This document shows positions 27,695 through 35,983 of a stretch of DNA of 64,000 bases, in pieces. Where the stretch lies: positions 1 to 64,000 of the IMG/VR virus record IMGVR_UViG_3300038974_000417. One strand, written 5' to 3'. Source of the DNA: a virus. Its lineage: Duplodnaviria; Caudoviricetes. How positions within the stretch are numbered: position 1 is the first letter of the stretch; each line of letters begins with the position of its first letter. The notes under the pieces were generated by a model, which was not told the DNA's origin, made no database searches, and saw only the letters and a list, made by a program, of their open reading frames with translations. A program made the position numbers and the translations under genes.

Positions 27695-28546
27695 TTATAA
27701 ATCTTTTAATAGATCGTCTATTTCATCATCAGTAATAGCTACTTCCTCTGAAGTCTCCGGTACGGATGGACCCATAGGAATATCATCTTCATCTTCCACT
27801 GGTTTATCTATAGAGGATTCATCAACTACTGAGTGTGTAGATGTTTTTAATAGATGAACATCAATAATCTTTTTAATTTCTTCATTTGAGTGAACCATTA
27901 TTATTTTACTGAGATCAAAGGTTGAATTGTATATTTCCTTTGATTTCTCATCAGTAATTCCTGGCAAGCTACCAGCTTTAATAAACTTACTACTTATATA
28001 GGTTGGATATCCACCCTCATTAGTTTCAACCTTAATTCTTAAATTATTACCATTTTTAGATAAATCGAATATACTAGGTCCAAAGTCTTCAGAATCATCT
28101 CCGCTAATGGCATCAGCAATAATCTTATGTAGTTGTTTACCGAATCGAATAATCTTTACTTGATTCTCAGTTTCCGGTGCAGTCGGGTTATTTACTACAT
28201 AACAATTTACGAGCCATTGATTGTTTCTTTTTATGGTTTTAGCTAGCTCCTTTTCTCTTTCGCTTCCCTGATATAATTTAAATCGAAGCTCGTTGAGTGG
28301 GCATCGTTCACCGAATGTAATCGGACTTACTACTGATATATATTGACCGGTTGCAAGACTAGTCCATCCAAATGTTGTATATGGAAAGATTGTATTATCC
28401 GGGTCGTGTATATTAGGAAGAAGCCGAACTACATATGTGTTGTTTTTTGTGAATCTCAGAATATCCTTAAATCCTGAGTTTGTATTCTTTTTGTTTAGAG
28501 ACTCTTTAATCTTCTCAAACATGGATGCTGTGTATGTACTATTCAT
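27695..28546 (-). CDS. gp32: single-stranded DNA-binding protein
   Basis: VVRLLP, GERCPL, WLVNCYVVNNP, KIIRFGKQL, FDLSKNG, acidic tail ending DDLLKDL. Confidence 0.85.
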   Translation of the reverse strand: MNSTYTASMFEKIKESLNKKNTNSGFKDILRFTKNNTYVVRLLPNIHDPDNTIFPYTTFGWTSLATGQYISVVSPITFGERCPLNELRFKLYQGSEREKELAKTIKRNNQWLVNCYVVNNPTAPETENQVKIIRFGKQLHKIIADAISGDDSEDFGPSIFDLSKNGNNLRIKVETNEGGYPTYISSKFIKAGSLPGITDEKSKEIYNSTFDLSKIIMVHSNEEIKKIIDVHLLKTSTHSVVDESSIDKPVEDEDDIPMGPSVPETSEEVAITDDEIDDLLKDL

Positions 28547-28618
28547 TTCATTTTACCTTTCTTGTGGTTTGTGGTTTATTTATTATTAATAATATATGCT
28601 TCATAACATATATCAACA

Positions 28619-29266
28619 TTATTTATTAGACTTTTGGATTATCTCCAGCCCTTTATTGATTAATAATTTTGCTTTGGAACTATTGTTAAATTTTAATATA
28701 TTACTATAAAAGTCTGTGTAGAAATCTGGTATTAGTATGTCAATAATATCTCGGTCTATTTTTTCAATTATGCTCCTGATGTTTGTAAATCCAAACATTA
28801 TAAAGGGATCAATATATCGATTCTTTATGTGAATAAGCCAGTCTGGATGCACTCCGTTAGATGAATGAATAGAATATTTTGCAACTGGTATTTTGGTATT
28901 AGTACAATAGTTTTTAATAAATTTTAAGCTTTGTTTGAGAAATTGTAGGTGATATATATTATCACACGGTAGTGATTGAAGAGCTTTTATATATAATGAA
29001 TAGCATTTAACTGCTCTTAAAGTAGTGAAAAATTTTAAATCGAATGATTCCCCTGGATGTAGAGCAAAGGGTGCCTTGAAGAATAATTGTATATCTATCT
29101 CGGGATGCTGATTAAATATTCTCTCCAACTTAGTAGTATACGTATAGTATTCAGTTTCATTAAATTTAGAGAAGTCCTGGCGAAGTTTAAACGGTTTATT
29201 ATGGGACGTTCGAGAGGTTATTAAATATGTATTATATATGAATTCTTGTTTTTTTGTTGTGGACAT
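28619..29266 (-). CDS. helicase loader (gp59-like), tentative
   Basis: 215 aa immediately upstream of gp32 as in T4; only weak motif recall. Confidence 0.45.
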   Translation of the reverse strand: MSTTKKQEFIYNTYLITSRTSHNKPFKLRQDFSKFNETEYYTYTTKLERIFNQHPEIDIQLFFKAPFALHPGESFDLKFFTTLRAVKCYSLYIKALQSLPCDNIYHLQFLKQSLKFIKNYCTNTKIPVAKYSIHSSNGVHPDWLIHIKNRYIDPFIMFGFTNIRSIIEKIDRDIIDILIPDFYTDFYSNILKFNNSSKAKLLINKGLEIIQKSNK

Positions 29267-29576
29267 TTTGTTTCCAATATCTAATACTATCTTTAACTGC
29301 TTTACTTTTCGTTAAACTGGGATTATAATCAAAAATTAAACATAACGCAACACTAAAGTTTTCACATGAAAAATATTCACAAAATTCCTGTTGTATTATT
29401 GGATCCTTTATTATTTCCACAGCAAGAGCAACTTGATTAAGTTGTTTATTCTTTAAAATGGATATATAACTCCCGAATTTTAGCATGCATATATCCAGCT
29501 CCTTAGCTAACATGTCTGTGCGGGGATTGTGATCTAAGTGTTCTATTAAAGTTAGTACATTACTTTTATTGGACAT
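29232..29576 (-). CDS. hypothetical protein at the T4 gp33 position
   Basis: 114 aa; TATAAATA at 29582-29589 on minus strand. Confidence 0.5.
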   Translation of the reverse strand: MSNKSNVLTLIEHLDHNPRTDMLAKELDICMLKFGSYISILKNKQLNQVALAVEIIKDPIIQQEFCEYFSCENFSVALCLIFDYNPSLTKSKAVKDSIRYWKQNVHNKKTRIHI

Positions 29577-29612
29577 GCAATTATTTATAATAATTTATAA
29601 TAATCCAACTAG

Positions 29613-30521
29613 TTATATATTATTTAATGGTTTAGCCTTTAGGGATTTACTCATTTCTATAAAGCCTTCTGATGCCGGACAACCTCCCGCAGCTTCATGA
29701 CCACCACCACCCCATGATTCACATAGTTTACCCACATTTAAATCACACGATTTATTTCTCCTTATATATACCTTATTGAGTTTGTGATTATATAAAATTA
29801 CAACATCAGCCTGTTCTGAGATAAAGAATATATCTGATAAATCATTTATGTATTTATCTGCTAATAGTGAACATACTTTATATGATTTATCATCAATACA
29901 AATTTCTCCAACATATATTTCATTAATATTATTGTAATAGGTATTGAGAGAGTCTTGATATATTTTGATCATAGATTGCTGTTGAATAGAGAAACCGAAA
30001 AAGCCTCTTTTAAATATTTTACAAAAAGTGTTAAAATTATCTGTTAAGCTCCAATATACTGTATTCAGATTTTTACTTAATGGTGATTTGAGAGTGTATG
30101 AATCATAATCATCTGTTAGGGCTATTAAGGTCTTTTGTTGAGGCGTAAGTTGGGTACTGGGAAATTTAGCAGATAGGATTTTATATATGAGTTTGCAGGC
30201 GCTGGTATACTTTTTAACAAAGGCTTTTGCGTGTTTATATTCTGTTTTTTCGTGAGTAGAATGATGATCTATTATTATAAAATTTGAATTATCTACAAGA
30301 TCCTCGTTACCACTTACATCTAAATCTAATATATAAATTCTTTCGTATTCATCGGGTTTGTGATTTAAGCACCAATTTAAATATATTTGACGAAATTCGT
30401 ATGCGCTTCTAACAGGTACTATTTCAAATGGTATATTAGGATAGAACCACGTAGTAGTTAGATAAGATACTACCCCGTCTAGATCTAAATGGGTAAATAT
30501 GCATGTTTTTTTATCAGTCAT
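29613..30521 (-). CDS. DHH-family phosphoesterase/exonuclease with DHHA1 domain
   Basis: THLDLDG, YILD, IIDHH, DDYD, GGGGHEAAGG. Confidence 0.85.
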   Translation of the reverse strand: MTDKKTCIFTHLDLDGVVSYLTTTWFYPNIPFEIVPVRSAYEFRQIYLNWCLNHKPDEYERIYILDLDVSGNEDLVDNSNFIIIDHHSTHEKTEYKHAKAFVKKYTSACKLIYKILSAKFPSTQLTPQQKTLIALTDDYDSYTLKSPLSKNLNTVYWSLTDNFNTFCKIFKRGFFGFSIQQQSMIKIYQDSLNTYYNNINEIYVGEICIDDKSYKVCSLLADKYINDLSDIFFISEQADVVILYNHKLNKVYIRRNKSCDLNVGKLCESWGGGGHEAAGGCPASEGFIEMSKSLKAKPLNNI

Positions 30522-31848
30522 TCTGTAGTTCCTCTAATACTGTCTTTGCGGTGGATATATTATTATTTATAAACACATCTTCAGTTTCTGTTACATGTAA
30601 TGTATCATAGTCTATTTTTAGACAAGTGCTACCGAAATTCGGACCGTATCTGTTTTTTTGCATGCCCATTCTCAATATTCCTAATTCTTTATCAGTGTCA
30701 TCGGCCCATAAGCTCAATTGTACATCGGCTGTATGAGCTAGTCCCATGCTTTCACTAGTAGTTTCTAGACCTGGATCGGATTGATTATAACCAGACCTGT
30801 TAAGTTGGGTTGCACTCCAGACTGGTATACCACCAAAGCTATATGATAAACCCCTTAGATCTTCTGTAATAGATTTAATATCTATATATGAATTACCAGT
30901 GGTAATAACGGGTCTAAGAAGATTAATATAATCTACTATTATTAGGTCTGGCTTGAATTGTTTCTGCTGTACTAATTTGGTTAAATATGCTCTTAAAGTA
31001 TTTACTGTGGCTGTTTTTGTAGGATATTCTTTTATTAATAGTTTACTACCTGGATGTATATTTTTATATTCTTTTACACTTTGAACTAAATTGTCTGAAT
31101 GTTCTTTTAGCATTTTTAGAGGTATTTTTGTAATACAGCTACTCACTCTTTTTGCATACATTTGCTCAGACATTTCGAGAGTAAATATGACTATCTTTTT
31201 ATTTTGAGCGAGTACATTACTCGCCAAATTAGTAAGCATTACACTTTTACCTACGTTTGTAGCGGCGCTAATTATATATAGAGATTTACCATCGTTTACT
31301 ATTCCACCATCTAACATTTTATCCAACCATTTAAAACCAGTACTGAAAGTGGAATTTACTGTATTGAGAGTCTTAATATATTCATCAATTCGATCTATAT
31401 AATCTAGTCCAAAGTTATCTATTAGAGTTATACCACAGGCATTTTCAAACAATTTTAATGTTTTAGATAAATCTACTTCTTTATTTTGCCCTATTGTATT
31501 TGCTGTATTTAATACTGCATTATATACAGCTTTTGTTTTGAGAAAATATTCAGTATTTTTTATAAGTTCATCTTCATTATATTCAGTGTCTAGCTTTTGA
31601 AACTCTAATAATAACTGCTTAAAATGTTGTTTTTCTTGATCGTTGGCTAATCTAGATTTTATCTCTGTAAGATTTGGTACTGTTTTGTGCTCATTGTAGA
31701 ATTCTTTTATCTTAAATAGTATAGTTTTAATACATCCATTATCAAAATAAGATGGATTAATATGCTCTACAATTGTAGAAAAATATGTAGATCTTTTTAT
31801 AGAATTATAGGTCAATATATATTCAAAGAAATTGAAATCGAAGTTCAT
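30514..31848 (-). CDS. gp41: replicative DnaB-like helicase
   Basis: AATNVGKS, TLEMSE, IKEYPT, IIVDYINL, WSATQLNRSG, KNRYG. Confidence 0.95.
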   Translation of the reverse strand: MNFDFNFFEYILTYNSIKRSTYFSTIVEHINPSYFDNGCIKTILFKIKEFYNEHKTVPNLTEIKSRLANDQEKQHFKQLLLEFQKLDTEYNEDELIKNTEYFLKTKAVYNAVLNTANTIGQNKEVDLSKTLKLFENACGITLIDNFGLDYIDRIDEYIKTLNTVNSTFSTGFKWLDKMLDGGIVNDGKSLYIISAATNVGKSVMLTNLASNVLAQNKKIVIFTLEMSEQMYAKRVSSCITKIPLKMLKEHSDNLVQSVKEYKNIHPGSKLLIKEYPTKTATVNTLRAYLTKLVQQKQFKPDLIIVDYINLLRPVITTGNSYIDIKSITEDLRGLSYSFGGIPVWSATQLNRSGYNQSDPGLETTSESMGLAHTADVQLSLWADDTDKELGILRMGMQKNRYGPNFGSTCLKIDYDTLHVTETEDVFINNNISTAKTVLEELQND

Positions 31849-31849
31849 A

Positions 31850-32938
31850 TTATATCTTTAAATAATTATTAACACTTCGCACGCGTTCTTCCACTGTACC
31901 ATCTATTGTGGTTACTAGATCCGGTATAAAGAGGCTAGCACACTGAATTATATTGTCAAATACACTGATTATATGTTTTCTAAACTCCGGTTCAGTACTC
32001 CGAAGTCCATCATTTACCATTTGTAGGGTTGGTGGTAGGTAGAATATCTTAGTGTATCTATTCATGAATTCTACATTTAATAAACCTTTAGCGTATTTCA
32101 TTACAGTATCGCTAATATTGCCACTCTCATATAATATTTTAGTATATGTATATCCGTCTATTATACTTCTATCTAATACACACGGTTTAGTTGCTACAAG
32201 ACGTTCAAGATGTTTATTTAGTATATAAAGCTGAGTCTCATCATTCCCTTGTTCGTTAATTTTATATCCTAACTGCTGTGCTTCTCGAGTCATACTAGTA
32301 ATATACATGTACTTGCCAAAAATATCTTTATCTTGAAGAGCTTTTACTAAAGTAGTTTTTCCTGTACAATGGGATCCTGATATTGCATATCTTAAGTTAT
32401 ACGGTCGAGTGAATTGTCTGGTAAAGAATAATTTCCATGATAATAAACTGGTATATCTTAGTCGATCATATATAGTACCTAAATCACAATTTTTAATAGA
32501 TGTTATAACTCTATATTTAATCGGGCCATCATCTACCTCAGAAGTCACTTTATGTATTATTGATCCACTTATAGGCAATTTAAGATCATATGCTTTTTGC
32601 TGAGGATTAAACCCCTTTAATTCTGGATATTGAACTACATCACCTGGGTGACCATTGTATATATTAAGTGTATTACATACTATTTCTGGAATTATTCGAA
32701 GCCAGCCGTGAAGAGTTACTAGAGTACAGTCTGATAGATATTTTAATAAAACGTATGGAGACTTGCTATCCTCTAGAGGAATATATATAAAGTCTGTCTG
32801 ACTGGCTATTATTTTGAGATCATCACATAAATTTTCATATGGATTGGTACTTAATATTACGCTGGGGATAATATTAAGATCATTACATATTGTTGCAAGT
32901 TCTCTTCCAGTTTGAGATAATAAGGCTCCCCATTTCAT
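31850..32938 (-). CDS. formyltransferase (PurN/DpdN-like) fused to P-loop nucleotide kinase-like domain
   Basis: NGHPG...PELKG, IHKVTSEVDDGPI; then GSHCTGKTT and LDRS. Confidence 0.8.
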   Translation of the reverse strand: MKWGALLSQTGRELATICNDLNIIPSVILSTNPYENLCDDLKIIASQTDFIYIPLEDSKSPYVLLKYLSDCTLVTLHGWLRIIPEIVCNTLNIYNGHPGDVVQYPELKGFNPQQKAYDLKLPISGSIIHKVTSEVDDGPIKYRVITSIKNCDLGTIYDRLRYTSLLSWKLFFTRQFTRPYNLRYAISGSHCTGKTTLVKALQDKDIFGKYMYITSMTREAQQLGYKINEQGNDETQLYILNKHLERLVATKPCVLDRSIIDGYTYTKILYESGNISDTVMKYAKGLLNVEFMNRYTKIFYLPPTLQMVNDGLRSTEPEFRKHIISVFDNIIQCASLFIPDLVTTIDGTVEERVRSVNNYLKI

Positions 32939-33765
32939 GTTCCGTATCCTTTATTTACAAATTGTCTAAACATTTTAACATTATAGTAGATTGTTTTAAG
33001 CTGTTCAACACTAATATTTTTCTCTATTAGATCAACTAATTTTATAGAGTTCTTGGTTTTCAATCCATGTCTTGAATTATATTTAATTCCATGGATGCCG
33101 TGAACTATTGGACTGCTGGTATCTACGGACTCAAACATGTATTTGGTAAAGCCAAAGAGTCCGGCCATTTTTAATTCTTGGGGTAATGAGCAACCTAATA
33201 GGTGATATTTTTTATTTCTTGGAAGCGATATATCCTCTTCTAGTCTTTGAATAAAGAGGTTTCTCCCGATACAAAATCTTTCCCATTTGTTTAGCTTGTT
33301 TATGGGTTTATCTTCCGTTGACGATAAATAGTAACTATAATCAAAACTTATACCTATTTTTTCAATTGATTTTTTACTAGCTATAAATTGTATACATTCT
33401 TTTAGATCTTTATATGTTTTACCTTGTAAGACGGCAATTTTTCTTCCTGGTAAATCATTATAATTTTTTAACCAATTTTCTATACTATTACATGTTTCAA
33501 TTGTATCTTCTAATGTATCAGGAATTATATATTCATCCGGCCTAAGTTCGTCTATATATTTTGCAAATTTAACATGATTAAAACTTTTTCCTAATTCAAA
33601 TATTGAATTATCTAATAATACCCGTCTACCTATTTGTTTTTCCTGTAAATAAAAATGGTAGTATTGTGGATATAATTCAAATAAATGAACTAATGCATAT
33701 GAGTAATCGTTAAAATTACGGGATTCTTCTAATAGGCTTATAGGTACTTCGTGGGATATTATCAT
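32935..33765 (-). CDS. TGT/DpdA-like TIM-barrel protein (7-deazaguanine insertion candidate)
   Basis: LLDNSIFELG, IPD, AVLQG, HLLGC, SVDTSSP; queD and queE in window. Confidence 0.65.
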   Translation of the reverse strand: MIISHEVPISLLEESRNFNDYSYALVHLFELYPQYYHFYLQEKQIGRRVLLDNSIFELGKSFNHVKFAKYIDELRPDEYIIPDTLEDTIETCNSIENWLKNYNDLPGRKIAVLQGKTYKDLKECIQFIASKKSIEKIGISFDYSYYLSSTEDKPINKLNKWERFCIGRNLFIQRLEEDISLPRNKKYHLLGCSLPQELKMAGLFGFTKYMFESVDTSSPIVHGIHGIKYNSRHGLKTKNSIKLVDLIEKNISVEQLKTIYYNVKMFRQFVNKGYGT

Positions 33766-33768
33766 ATA

Positions 33769-34845
33769 TTACTCTTCGGTTAAGGGTGATAGATCTATTT
33801 TATTATAACATAATTCTTTTTGCAACATGGGCTCTAGTTTTTCTATTATAGAGTTCCATACTTCTTCGTTGCTTTTCCATGTCTTAAAATATCCTAACTT
33901 TTTCTCACCGAGAGAATATGTAGATCCGTTCTGCTGTACTATATCATATCCAATTGCCATATCTAGCAAGCCTGCATATTTATATAATCCAGATTTAAAG
34001 TTTAAATATAATTCTGTTTCTAAGAAGGGTGGTATAAATCTATTTTTAACTGTAAGTGCTCGAAGGGTTACTCCACTAACTTTATTGGCCATAGGTATTT
34101 TTATATCATCATCATTTTTCTCATCATGCTTTTCATTACGAATAGCTAATTGTACTAAAAGACTGGCCAGATATAAGGGGCCTTTACCTCCCGATTGACT
34201 TTTAACTAGACTGGGAAACATAGCCATTGGATCGTCATAAATATGATTTGCAAATATTACAGATACACCAGCTTTAGCAGCCTTGTATGTAATTGTACGC
34301 ATCATACTTTTTAATCCCTTAGCTCTTTGTCCTAGATCGCTTGCAGTTTTATCTTTAGCGGCATCAGTCATTTCTTTTTGGCTGGCAAGGTTGCCTAGGC
34401 TGTCGATTGCTACAATATATTTTCCATACGTTTTTTCACCACCAGCGATAACGTTATCTAGAAATTTAGATATTTGATTTCTACACTCTTCAATAGTTTC
34501 AACTGGGAGTATTTTAATACGCTCAGGATTGACACCTACGTTTTTGATTGTATTTTTATCTGTTGCAGCCTCTGTATCCCATATTAGACCCCAGTGATCT
34601 GAGCTGAGAGATTGAAAGTTTCCAATTATTTTATTGATAATAAGACTTTTTCCGCTTTGTGCTGGACCCACGAAGCCAGTGATTCTACCCTTAGGTATTC
34701 CCTTATATAAACTACCGGAGCATATTGCATTTAATGCATAGCTTCCGGTATCAATCCATTCATTTACAGTGCTTAGATTGTGATCACTAAGCGTAGCAAA
34801 ATCTGGATTAAGTTTATCGAGTCCTTCAAATACTCCGGTAGTCAT
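33769..34845 (-). CDS. uvsX: RecA-like recombinase
   Basis: WIDTGSYALNAICSG, GPAQSGKS, WDTE, AIDSLG, SGGKG, KNRF. Confidence 0.95.
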   Translation of the reverse strand: MTTGVFEGLDKLNPDFATLSDHNLSTVNEWIDTGSYALNAICSGSLYKGIPKGRITGFVGPAQSGKSLIINKIIGNFQSLSSDHWGLIWDTEAATDKNTIKNVGVNPERIKILPVETIEECRNQISKFLDNVIAGGEKTYGKYIVAIDSLGNLASQKEMTDAAKDKTASDLGQRAKGLKSMMRTITYKAAKAGVSVIFANHIYDDPMAMFPSLVKSQSGGKGPLYLASLLVQLAIRNEKHDEKNDDDIKIPMANKVSGVTLRALTVKNRFIPPFLETELYLNFKSGLYKYAGLLDMAIGYDIVQQNGSTYSLGEKKLGYFKTWKSNEEVWNSIIEKLEPMLQKELCYNKIDLSPLTEE

Positions 34846-34853
34846 ATATCTCC

Positions 34854-35243
34854 TTATTGTTCGTCAAATAACTTAATTACTTCAGGCGGCGAAGCCGGGG
34901 ATTCATTAGGTGTAACTATATTACCTGTACCACTTTGGGGTAACACTAAGTTAGAGAACATCTGCTGATATTGAGCTTTAATTCTGAAGTCCAGTTCAAA
35001 TCCAAGATTTTCCGTAATTGAATTACGGTTGAATAGCCATACTATACTTTCATCTTTAGCGGCCTGAAATTCTTTAAATATAATAGGGATCATTCTTAAT
35101 TGGAGCTGATTGGTCTGTTGGTTTGGAACTATATCTAAAATAACTGGGTTTTTTACAGCTAATTTATCAGTTGTATTCTGATCGGGAACAGCTTCTCCTA
35201 AAATGGTTCGGCTTAGTGTATCTAAAAACATTATTGTGTTCAT
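34854..35243 (-). CDS. hypothetical protein
   Basis: 129 aa with GGAG SD; operonic. Confidence 0.6.
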   Translation of the reverse strand: MNTIMFLDTLSRTILGEAVPDQNTTDKLAVKNPVILDIVPNQQTNQLQLRMIPIIFKEFQAAKDESIVWLFNRNSITENLGFELDFRIKAQYQQMFSNLVLPQSGTGNIVTPNESPASPPEVIKLFDEQ

Positions 35244-35245
35244 TT

Positions 35246-35965
35246 TTATTCTCCTTTGTTTGTTATGTTTAATATTAATGGGTTATATTTTATATCATAT
35301 TGTTCGTCTAATAAACTAACGTTATACATATATACTTCTCGTCCCTCACGGGAGTCATGACACCATTTCATTCGATCATGATTACCCGAATGGATGTGTC
35401 CAAAAACTACATATTTTGGATTTTTCATTTTGATTTCATCCATGAGCCATTTATTTCCTAAATTTTCCGTTTCGTTATATTCTAAAATAGTATCTCCGTA
35501 TCCATAAGGAGGGCAGTGTGATATTAATACATCTATATCGTTATCTATTTTAGAATAATATTCCTTTGCATATTCAGGACCTTTATTATTAGGAATATTA
35601 AATGCCCAATTACGAAGATGGGTGACCCATGGAGTACCATGAAATTTCACTCCGTCTAAAACTATATTACTATCTCTTAGATAAAATATATTATTAGGCA
35701 ATTTTGATTTAAATTCATCCTCTGCTTGATCTTTAAATATATCCTGAAAATAGAAATCATGATTTCCGGCAATCAATATTTTATATTTAGCTGGAATAAG
35801 ATTAAGATATGGAATGAAAGAATCCCAAAACCATTGTTTTTGAAGCCGTCCGCTACCCAATTCAAAATCTGGGAGTACATCTCCACCCATAACAAGAACA
35901 TCACATTCTGGAATCTTATCGGCAAAATTTTTACCGTGAGTATCACTGACTGCTACTATTTTCAT
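35246..35965 (-). CDS. calcineurin-like metallophosphoesterase
   Basis: SDTHG, GGDV, GNHD, SHCPP, FGHIH. Confidence 0.9.
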   Translation of the reverse strand: MKIVAVSDTHGKNFADKIPECDVLVMGGDVLPDFELGSGRLQKQWFWDSFIPYLNLIPAKYKILIAGNHDFYFQDIFKDQAEDEFKSKLPNNIFYLRDSNIVLDGVKFHGTPWVTHLRNWAFNIPNNKGPEYAKEYYSKIDNDIDVLISHCPPYGYGDTILEYNETENLGNKWLMDEIKMKNPKYVVFGHIHSGNHDRMKWCHDSREGREVYMYNVSLLDEQYDIKYNPLILNITNKGE

Positions 35966-35983
35966 TTATATAATAATAATAAC

